Shown here: piece by piece, positions 46,561 to 54,491 of the stretch
Layout of the letters: every line of letters starts with the position of its first letter
Numbering within the stretch: the first letter of the stretch is position 1
From: Pelagomonas calceolata
Taxonomy: Eukaryota
Direction: 5' to 3'
NCBI GenBank assembly: GCA_918797485.1
Contig: CAKKNE010000003.1
Coordinates: 1,798,001-1,862,000 of the forward strand
Length of the DNA stretch: 64,000 bases
Notes under the pieces: generated by a model
What the model saw: the letters and a program-made list of their open reading frames with translations, nothing else
What the model was told of the DNA's origin: nothing
Databases searched by the model: none
Made by a program: the position numbers and the translations under genes

Positions 46561-49104
46561 CTAGAGCGCCGCGAGCTTCGCCTCCATCTCGCTCTGCCAC
46601 CGCTCGAACTCCGATCTATGAGAGGGCGCCTCTTCCAGGGAAGAGCTCGCCGTCGTCGAGCTTTCAGGAGGCGGCGGCGGCGGCGGCGGCGCGCGTTGCC
46701 TCATGGATGGCGACGGCGCGCGCCGACCACCCGGCGACGGGGAGCGGCGCGGCGTCCTACGGGGCGACGGCGCCCGGTTGCCGCGCGGCGTCGTCACGCG
46801 CGTCCCGCGGGCCCCAAAGTCCGGCGCCGGTCGGTCCAGGACCTTCGGCCTCGCGTTCATCTCCCGCTGCCGCCGCAGGTCGGCCTTCCTTCTCGCGGGA
46901 TTCACGCCGCCCTTGGCTTTTGATAATGCTGCTAGACGCGCGGGATCGACGCGTGGCGAAACGGGTACACTTCTTGCTTTCCTTTCAGCCTCCGCAGACA
47001 ATCTAGCAGACCGCCTTCGCTCCACCGACGCAGCCCGACGCCGATAGACGTCCTCCTCCAATCTAGATACCGTGTCCTCGACGTGCGACGAAGCCACGGA
47101 CTCGTGCTCCCAGGATTCGCCCCTCGAGCGAGGAGGTCGACCAACCACAGGCTGAAAAGTGCAGCCCTCCAACTCCAAGTCGCGCTTCATCGCCTCCCGA
47201 CGTGAAACACGAGCATAAACTTGATTCTCCGTAGCTAGTAACCGCTCCTCGACCGGTACATCATGAGTCTGCAAAGGTAGGTGTGACTTGTCTCCAGTCG
47301 TAGGTTGAAACGTACACCCGTCGAGCTCTTGCTGCCTTTTTACTTCTTCATACACGGCTTTTTTATCCCTCCCATCGTCCAACAGTCGGTCCCAGGCGTT
47401 TTCGTCGGACTCTGAGAACCGTCGAGGCATCGACGGGCGAAAGGGGCAACTTTCTAACTCCTTCTCGCGTTGCGCTTCCCGCAAGTCCCGCCGTTTCGCT
47501 TCGCGATCCCTCCCCTCGGCGTGCAAGCGCTCGTGGGCCGGCGCCGGGCTCGCGTCGCGCTTCGGGGTCTTCACTTTTCTACTACTGGGAATCTGCGGGC
47601 TGAACGTATGTTGCGCGAGCTGCTCCCGGAGTTTTGCTTCCCTAAATGCGGTTTTTCGAGCCGCCGTGTCCGTTCCCGCCAGTCTGGACGTCGTTCGTGC
47701 CACCGTTCGCGTATCACTAGTGTTCACGGACTCATCGTCTTGCGGTTGCGTGTGGAAGCGCGGCCGGAAGGAGCAGTCCTTCCTCTCCAGAGCGTCACGC
47801 TTCGCTCGGAGTTCTCTTAAGCGTCGCTGCCGTTCGCGTTCGAAGGTCGCCGCCCGCGTCGCGACGTCTCTTCCGCGGGGCGCGGGACTTGCCGACCGCG
47901 CCCTGGTAGCCATGCGCGGCGTGAAGGAGCAGCCCGCGATCTCTCTCTTGCGAGCAGCGTCCCTTTCTCTCACGCGGTTCGCGCGCATCTCCGCGCCCTT
48001 GTTGTGTAGTCTGGTAGACGCGTCGACGCCGCGCCGCGCAGGACTTGCAGACCGCGCTCTTGAGGTAGTAACAGGAGTGAAGGTACAACCTCTAGGCTGC
48101 GACGCTTCCCTTGCTCGTTGGGCGGCGAGGCGGTCCCTAATTGCCGCGGCGTGCGCATGTAACGCGTCCGAGCGCTTTTTGGCGCTCCACTTCGTCGGCT
48201 TGCCCCTTGTCAACATGCGCGGCGTGTGCGCCTGCTTCTCGCGGCGTTGTTGCGTCTCGATCCTTGCTCTTAAAGCCGCTCTGCGTCTCTCCGCGTCTCC
48301 ATGTAAGCGCTCATGTCTAGGCGCCATCGACGCCGCCGCCGCCGCGACCTTCTTCGAGACGGCGTCGATCTTGGGCTGGAACGTGCACTTCGGCGGTCGT
48401 TGTTTTCTTTTTTCTTCGAGCTTCCGTCGGACCTCCGCGGCGCGGTCGTACAAGCGCTGGGCTGCCGGGTCGACCTTGTGTCTCAGAGCGGGGCTCGGCG
48501 CTCGTTTTGGTGTCGCTCCCCGCGTCCGTTGTCTCCCGCGCTCCGGCGCCTTTCTTCTAGGAGATGCCGCTGCCGCGGCGATCGCGCGCTCGTAGATGCT
48601 CTTTTCCGGTACTGGTACGGGTTCCACTACGGGAGGTGGCGGGTCGTCGGCCACGACGCGGCCGAGGGGTTGTTTGGGCGGCATGGGCGGCGTCGGCTTG
48701 AGGTCCTCGGGGTCGTGGCTATACGTTGGAGGCGGCGGCGGCGGCTGTTCAATGGCCGGCGCGGGCGTCGGCGAGGCCGCGGGCGTCACTTCCACGACGC
48801 TCGGCGGCGCGGGCGGCGCGAACGCCGCGGCGTCGTCGCCCCCAAAGACCGCATCTAACAAAGCCGCGGGTGCCGGTTCGGGTGGCGGAGTTGGCGCGGC
48901 CACGTCCCCGTCGCCGCCGAAGACCGCATCTAACAGCGCCGCGGGCTCGGGCTCGGGTGGCGCCGCCGGAGCCGCGGCCACGGGCGGCGGCGGCGCGGCG
49001 GCGAAGGCGTCCCGCACGGGCGCCGGCGCCGGCTGCGCCGCTAGGGCGGTCTTGGACTTCGCCATCACGGCCTTTATCTTTGCTTCGAGGTCCTCTATCG
49101 GCAT
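46561..49104 (-). CDS. Pro/Arg-rich protein with about 8 C(T/S)FxP repeats
   Basis: CTFQPKI, CTFTPVT, CSFTPRM, CSFRPRF, HTFSPQI, CPFRPSM, CTFQPTT, CTFQPVV, mostly preceded by an RL(H/Y)-type helix. Confidence 0.7.
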   Translation of the reverse strand: MPIEDLEAKIKAVMAKSKTALAAQPAPAPVRDAFAAAPPPPVAAAPAAPPEPEPAALLDAVFGGDGDVAAPTPPPEPAPAALLDAVFGGDDAAAFAPPAPPSVVEVTPAASPTPAPAIEQPPPPPPTYSHDPEDLKPTPPMPPKQPLGRVVADDPPPPVVEPVPVPEKSIYERAIAAAAASPRRKAPERGRQRTRGATPKRAPSPALRHKVDPAAQRLYDRAAEVRRKLEEKRKQRPPKCTFQPKIDAVSKKVAAAAASMAPRHERLHGDAERRRAALRARIETQQRREKQAHTPRMLTRGKPTKWSAKKRSDALHAHAAAIRDRLAAQRAREASQPRGCTFTPVTTSRARSASPARRGVDASTRLHNKGAEMRANRVRERDAARKREIAGCSFTPRMATRARSASPAPRGRDVATRAATFERERQRRLRELRAKRDALERKDCSFRPRFHTQPQDDESVNTSDTRTVARTTSRLAGTDTAARKTAFREAKLREQLAQHTFSPQIPSSRKVKTPKRDASPAPAHERLHAEGRDREAKRRDLREAQREKELESCPFRPSMPRRFSESDENAWDRLLDDGRDKKAVYEEVKRQQELDGCTFQPTTGDKSHLPLQTHDVPVEERLLATENQVYARVSRREAMKRDLELEGCTFQPVVGRPPRSRGESWEHESVASSHVEDTVSRLEEDVYRRRAASVERRRSARLSAEAERKARSVPVSPRVDPARLAALSKAKGGVNPARRKADLRRQREMNARPKVLDRPAPDFGARGTRVTTPRGNRAPSPRRTPRRSPSPGGRRAPSPSMRQRAPPPPPPPPESSTTASSSLEEAPSHRSEFERWQSEMEAKLAAL

Positions 49105-49277
49105 TTTTGCGGGACGCTTTTTCTACTGGGATCCAAGCCGCCTTTTTTTGGGGAGCGCGAGGACTGCTGTACAATTCCCGTACCGCTCAGGCGCTTGAGT
49201 GGCGACCGCTGAACAGCACCAGGGGCTCCAAGGGGCCCTTGTGCCCAACCTTGCCAAAAAATGGCAAAACCGGCGAA

Positions 49278-49301
49278 GCTAGCGTCTTGTAAGACACTAG
49301 C
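49278..49301 (-). promoter_or_regulatory. Copy of the intergenic dyad element
   Basis: Reverse complement reads GCTAGTGTCTTACAagaCGCTAGC; between divergent genes. Confidence 0.65.
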
Positions 49302-49506
49302 AATCACAAAAACTTAAGCGCGCCGTGGCATTGCTGCGTGTAGTCAAGCCACTGGCACCTGCTGAGGCGTGAAAATCACTACTTTCATATCGTGTGGGCC
49401 GCACATAAGCTCGAGTAGCTTTCACGCCGCGTGCCGCCCTTGGCAAGGAGAGCATTCATATCAGTTTAAAACACTGCGGTGAACGCTGCGGCGAACGATG
49501 CGAACG

Positions 49507-49953
49507 ATGCGCACCGCCCTCTACGCCGTCGCCGCGACGTGCGCGACGGCCGCCCCCGCCTCGATGAGCGACGCCGCGCGCCTGCGCAGCCTCGGCTACC
49601 GCGCGTCCGAGATTGCGGCCATCCGGCCGACCGTCGCGAGCGTTGTGGCAAGGAGAGGCCTGCCGCGGCCCCGCTCCGGCATGCCGCCGTCCTGGGTCGA
49701 CGAGTCGTACGACCCCTACGAGGAGCCCGAGCCCTCGCCGCTCGAGAACGTGGCGCGGTTCCTGCGCGGCGTCGCGGCGGTGCTCGAGCGCGTCGCACGC
49801 ACGGGGGGGATACCGCTCGGCGTCGTGCTCGCGTTGATGCAGGCGCAGGGCGTCACGATCCCAATTCCGGATTTCTCGGCACCGCGCGGCGACGAACAGT
49901 ACGCCGGCGAGGGCTTCCTCTTCGACGGGCCCTGCGACCCCGCAATGCGGTGA
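49507..49953 (+). CDS. Small hypothetical protein with signal peptide
   Basis: MRTALYAVAATCATA; LRSLGY...GLPRPRSGMPPSW. Confidence 0.55.
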   Translation: MRTALYAVAATCATAAPASMSDAARLRSLGYRASEIAAIRPTVASVVARRGLPRPRSGMPPSWVDESYDPYEEPEPSPLENVARFLRGVAAVLERVARTGGIPLGVVLALMQAQGVTIPIPDFSAPRGDEQYAGEGFLFDGPCDPAMR

Positions 49954-50021
49954 TCACCTGTACCCTGCGGTAGCGGGACGTAAACTTGTTTTCCTAGACT
50001 TGATACACATCTGCACAGATC

Positions 50022-51041
50022 CTAGAGCGCGAGGCCGTTGGTCCAGTAGCCCGACGAGGCGACCGGATCGCCGTCGATCTGCCCCGTCTCGACGAGCCAC
50101 GCCGCGAGCGCGGACCAGTACTCCTGCGCAAGCGTGTTGTCGTTGACGAAGGCCGGCAGCGTCGCCTCGAACGTGTCCCGCGCGACGCGGGCCTCGCGCA
50201 TGCGCGCGCGCGCCGTCAGCGGGTTCAGGCGCGCGAGGAGCGGGCGGTTCGTACGCGTGTGTTCGAACCAGATGTCGCGAGCACGTGCTGGGTCGCCCTT
50301 GATGAGGCCCGTGGCGCGGCGCACGGCGAGGACTAGTGTCCTCAGGTCCGCCGAGGAAGCCTCGAGCTTCTCCGGCGTCGTAAATAAAACCAGCTGGCAA
50401 AAGTCCGGGACGCCCCAGTCCTTGAGACTAAAGAAGCCCGCGTCGAGGCCTCGGCTCTTCGCTTCGACCATCTCGAAGTTGCTGAAGATCAGCGTGGCGA
50501 CGTCGGCGCCGTTGACGAGCGCGTCGACGTGGTAGAAGCCGCCGTCGTGCTTGCCGAATGGTTCCGAGCACTCGCCGCCGTCGGCCTTGACCATCGTGCC
50601 CACGATCGCGGGGCCACCCGGGCCGGGATAGCCCGGATAGCTGATCTTCTTACCGCACATGTCACTCGGGCGCTCGATGCCGCGATTCTTGAGGTACATC
50701 ACGCCGCCGTCGGTGTGGAGGAAGCGCGAGAAGCCGATGACCGGCTTGCCGCGCGCCGCGTCCTGCGCCAGATGCAACGTCTCCGTCACGGCGACGTCGA
50801 GGCGTCCCGCGATGATCTCTTCTTCCGCTTCCCAGTGGTCCGCAGGCTCGACGAGCGTGACGTGAAGTCCCGCGTCCTTGAAATAGCCCTCTCTCAGCGC
50901 CACCACGAGCGGGAGGTGGTCTGGGTTGAGAAACCACTCCAGGCCGATCTTGATAGGCGTCAGCTCCGACTGCTGCGCTTGCGCCCGCTGCGCCGTCGCA
51001 ACAACCATCAATGCGACGCGTGAAAGCCGTTGAAGGACCAT
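50022..51041 (-). CDS. NMT1/THI5-like (SsuA/ThiY-type) substrate-binding protein
   Basis: IGLEWFLNPDHLPLVVALREGYFKDAGL.V.LVEP; FSLKDWGVPDFCQLVL; signal-like N-terminus. Confidence 0.85.
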   Translation of the reverse strand: MVLQRLSRVALMVVATAQRAQAQQSELTPIKIGLEWFLNPDHLPLVVALREGYFKDAGLHVTLVEPADHWEAEEEIIAGRLDVAVTETLHLAQDAARGKPVIGFSRFLHTDGGVMYLKNRGIERPSDMCGKKISYPGYPGPGGPAIVGTMVKADGGECSEPFGKHDGGFYHVDALVNGADVATLIFSNFEMVEAKSRGLDAGFFSLKDWGVPDFCQLVLFTTPEKLEASSADLRTLVLAVRRATGLIKGDPARARDIWFEHTRTNRPLLARLNPLTARARMREARVARDTFEATLPAFVNDNTLAQEYWSALAAWLVETGQIDGDPVASSGYWTNGLAL

Positions 51042-51192
51042 GCTGCACTTGTGGTGCAGAGAACTCCGCGCGCCAGCAACACTTATGGAAATCGCTTCGC
51101 ACACGTAACCTCCGTATGTTATGCAAGCTCTAGCCGCTGCGCGTGGCTTCGGCGGCCACTTAATGACCGGCCAGCCAAATCCAGCCTTTCTT

Positions 51193-51216
51193 GCTAGTGC
51201 CTTACATGTCGCTAGC
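51193..51216 (+). promoter_or_regulatory. Copy of the intergenic dyad element (GCTAGTGCCTTACAtgtCGCTAGC)
   Basis: Between divergent THI5-like and CPPED1 starts. Confidence 0.65.
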
Positions 51217-51479
51217 TCCGGTTTTGGCCATTTTGGTGAGATCTCCCGTGCTAGCTAGGTTGCAGCCGCATCGCTCCGGAATTAGGGGCTCCGAGGCCAC
51301 ATCTCTTCGCGTACTTCTTTTCGCAGCTCAATTCGTCAATCCTGCATCGCTGTGATCATTTTTAGCAGTGAGAGACTCAGAGAGCAACCTGCCGCGGCGT
51401 GCATCACTGGATGAAACGGAGAGCCGCAACCGCTGGATCATCAGCGCTTTCTCGTGCAGCAGCACAGCCTCGTCCGCAG

Positions 51480-52517
51480 ATGTCCAGCACGAAGCGCCGC
51501 GCGATCATTGGCGCGGCCGCCGCGGCCGTCGTCATCTTCACGGCGCTCCGGCTGCCGGAGACTCGGCACGACGTGTATTGGGACAATCACCGCGCACGGA
51601 CCCGGAACCACACGATCGCCGGCCTGGGCCCCGCGGAGGAGGGCACCTGGCGCGGGAGCTTCCATTTCGTGCAGCTCGCGGACCCGCAACTCGGCATGCT
51701 GCATCGCGACGCGTCGTGGCGGGAGGAGCTCGCCATGCTCGCGCTGGCCGTCGAGCATGTAAACCGACTCAAGCCACGCTTCGTGGTCGTCTCGGGCGAC
51801 CTCATCAACGGCTTCCCGGGGAAGCCAGCGGTCCCCGACCAAGTGGAGGCGTTCGAGCGCGCACTCGCGCGCCTCGAACCATCCATACCGCTCGTCCTGG
51901 AGCCGGGGAACCACGACCTGGGACAGAAGCCGACGGAAGCTGCGGTCCGCGAGTACCAGAAACGCTTCGGCGACGACTACCTGCGGTTCTGGGTCGGCGG
52001 CGTGCTGTTTGTGAGTTTGAACTCGCAGCTCATCAAGGCCGCCGTCGCGGCGCGGAGCGCGGCACACGCGTCCTGGGCCGCGGAGGCCTTTGGGACGCGT
52101 GCGGAACGAGTGGTTGTCCTCTCGCACATCTGCCCCTATGTCGGTGCGCCGGACGAGGCCGAGGGGTGGGCCAACTGGCCGCTGCCCGCGCGGCGGGCAG
52201 TCCTGGCGCACGCCACGCGGGCCGGGGCCCGGCTCTGGCTTTGCGGCCACCTCCACGGCAACGCGGTCGCGCGCCACGGGCGGCTCGAGATCGTCACGAG
52301 CTCTGCGGTCGGGTCCATGGTCAACTGGACTCTGACGCCGGCGGAGATAGCTGTCATGTCCAAACCAGATTTCCGCACGACCGTCGGCCGTCCATCCGTC
52401 GTCGCCGGGCCGGAAAGCTCGGGGCTGCGCGTCGTCCGCGTGGACGAAGGCGGCTTCCGCCACCGCTGGTACCCCCTCGCGGACGTGCCGGTCCGCCTCG
52501 ACGACTGTAAGATGTAG
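51480..52517 (+). CDS. CPPED1: Calcineurin-like metallophosphoesterase, CPPED1-like
   Basis: FVQLADPQLG, VSGDL, PGNHD, FGDDY..FW, GHLHGN. Confidence 0.85.
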   Translation: MSSTKRRAIIGAAAAAVVIFTALRLPETRHDVYWDNHRARTRNHTIAGLGPAEEGTWRGSFHFVQLADPQLGMLHRDASWREELAMLALAVEHVNRLKPRFVVVSGDLINGFPGKPAVPDQVEAFERALARLEPSIPLVLEPGNHDLGQKPTEAAVREYQKRFGDDYLRFWVGGVLFVSLNSQLIKAAVAARSAAHASWAAEAFGTRAERVVVLSHICPYVGAPDEAEGWANWPLPARRAVLAHATRAGARLWLCGHLHGNAVARHGRLEIVTSSAVGSMVNWTLTPAEIAVMSKPDFRTTVGRPSVVAGPESSGLRVVRVDEGGFRHRWYPLADVPVRLDDCKM

Positions 52518-52589
52518 TTGATTGTGTGATCTTGATGTTCGTGAATTTTTCTGTTCGGTGCCAGGACCAGTCGGCGGAATTATTGTTCC

Positions 52590-52609
52590 GCTAGTGTCTA
52601 ACCGCTAGC
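52590..52609 (+). promoter_or_regulatory. Shortened copy of the intergenic dyad element (GCTAGTGTCTAAcCGCTAGC)
   Basis: About 140 bp upstream of the ATG at 52747. Confidence 0.5.
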
Positions 52610-52746
52610 TGGCAGTCAATAAATCCAACAACTTGTTGCTGCGAGATTGCTGCTTGCGTCGCAAACTTGCAGCATACGAGGCAGACGCACCGGCTACTGA
52701 TTCATCGTAACGCCTGTCGCCGCGGCACAAAGCTCTCTCCACGACG

Positions 52747-53466
52747 ATGTGCCGCTATCTCGCATTGGCTGCAGCAGCCTCCGCCCTCGTGGCGCCGTCG
52801 ATGCCGACGACGAGGCCAAGGACCGCGCTACACGCGCAGACGGCGGAGTTCGCGCAGCCGCTGTGGGGCCGGGATAATTTTGACGACGTCGACGAGTCCA
52901 GTGATACGATGAAATGTACGGTATATAACATCGGCGGCGAGCTGACCCAGGTGCTGTCGCTGACGTGCAGCAAGCAGCTCCCGATGATTCCCCATGTTGG
53001 TGTTAGATTGTACGGCACGGAATACTTTTACAGCGACGTGATCGAGTCGCGGCCCGTCGCCGTGATGCAGGACATGCTCGAGGACTTCCCCCAGGTGTCC
53101 TTTGATTTGGGGCCCGCGACGATCACGGAGCAGGAGCTCGAGGAGTGGATCGCGTCGGACGCTTTGCAAAGCCAGTGGCAGCCCGAGTCGTACAACGTCT
53201 TCGACCACAACTGCAACCACTTCGCGCGCGTCATCTGCGACAAGGTCACGGAGAACGGCCTCGAGGAGTCGCTCATGCGACCAGTCATCGCCGTCACCGA
53301 GGAAATGCTCTCGGAGCTGCCGGAGTGGCGCAAGAACCTGGGCAAGGGCTTCATGAACCAGATCACGCGGCTCGTCGTCGTCTCGTGGGGCCGCGCGACG
53401 CGGGCGAAGAAGAAGGCGCTCGCGGAGCAGAAGAAGCTCGAGGAGGGGGGAAGCATGATGACCTAA
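52747..53466 (+). CDS. PPPDE/DeSI-family cysteine peptidase with targeting presequence
   Basis: HVGVRLYGTEYFY and YNVFDHNCNHF. Confidence 0.85.
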   Translation: MCRYLALAAAASALVAPSMPTTRPRTALHAQTAEFAQPLWGRDNFDDVDESSDTMKCTVYNIGGELTQVLSLTCSKQLPMIPHVGVRLYGTEYFYSDVIESRPVAVMQDMLEDFPQVSFDLGPATITEQELEEWIASDALQSQWQPESYNVFDHNCNHFARVICDKVTENGLEESLMRPVIAVTEEMLSELPEWRKNLGKGFMNQITRLVVVSWGRATRAKKKALAEQKKLEEGGSMMT

Positions 53467-53610
53467 GTTTTTCTGGACTGCGTGCAGCGTCGACCGCACC
53501 CCGCACGATCCACCGCAAACCCTTCGAGGAGACTCTCGCGTGGCACCGCTGTCCGCGGCACGTGCGAAGTCGTGCGTGGTTGCGACGCTGCAGGGCATTA
53601 CTTTGCAGCT

Positions 53611-54357
53611 ATGATGAAGGCCGCAGCAATCGTCGCGCTCGCTTTAGGCGCTGAGGCCTTCCTAAAGCCTGCTGCACCCAAAGCTGCCACACAGCTCGCG
53701 GCCTACGTGCCGAGCGGCATGTCGCCGGAGGAATACGCCAAATTAAAGAAGAGAGAAGCCGACGCCAAAAAAAAGAAGAACTTCGGCGCCGGCGGCGCGC
53801 GCGGCTTCGAGAGCCGGTCAATGGCGTCGTTTATGCGCGCCCAGGAGCGGGGCGAGGCCGAGCACCTGTTCCCCGTCGACCCGGAGAAGGTAAAGACGGG
53901 CGAGATCCCGCTGAAGGACGTGCCGTACATGCAGCGCGGCGGCTCCTGGACGAACTCCGACCTGACGGGCAAGAAGGGCTGGATGAACACGGGCTTCGGC
54001 ATGTACGCCTTCAACGACGGCAAGGCGAAAAAGGCCAAGGCCAACAAGTTCGACGCTATGTACAATCCCGGTTCCAAGCGCGACGGCTTCTCCGTGGGCA
54101 TCTTCGGCGAGGCGGGTGCGCTGGACTGGACGGGCCGCGGCGCGCGGTCGGGCGGCGGCGCCGAGGCCGGATTTAAAGATGGCGTTACCGCGCGCGCGCA
54201 GAAGAACGGCATCTCGGCGGACATGCAGATGTGGCGCGACGCCGGCGCCGTGGACCCGAAGAAGCTCCAGCAGAACCGGTGGGGCCGCGGCGGCGCGCCG
54301 AAGATCGACGTGGCCAAGGCGAAGCAGCCGGAGAAGAAGTTCTTCGGCCTCTTCTAG
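53611..54357 (+). CDS. Hypothetical plastid-targeted protein
   Basis: Signal peptide ending AEA-F; YVPSGMSPEEY; C-terminal KKFFGLF. Confidence 0.7.
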   Translation: MMKAAAIVALALGAEAFLKPAAPKAATQLAAYVPSGMSPEEYAKLKKREADAKKKKNFGAGGARGFESRSMASFMRAQERGEAEHLFPVDPEKVKTGEIPLKDVPYMQRGGSWTNSDLTGKKGWMNTGFGMYAFNDGKAKKAKANKFDAMYNPGSKRDGFSVGIFGEAGALDWTGRGARSGGGAEAGFKDGVTARAQKNGISADMQMWRDAGAVDPKKLQQNRWGRGGAPKIDVAKAKQPEKKFFGLF

Positions 54358-54491
54358 ATTCGTTGCGAGTTCTCTTCCGTGACGCGATGTGTACACTAAT
54401 CTTTATTCTTATCACATCACAGCCTCGGTACCGGGAGAACTTCGCGTCGATGGCGTGGGGGCGGACTCGGACAACGCCGTCGACGCGCCAC

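Noticed and set aside
49940..51400. TPP riboswitch beside the THI5-like gene
   Set aside because: No CTGAGA...CCTGA...AATGC...GGGA-type core visible on the coding strand, upstream or downstream.
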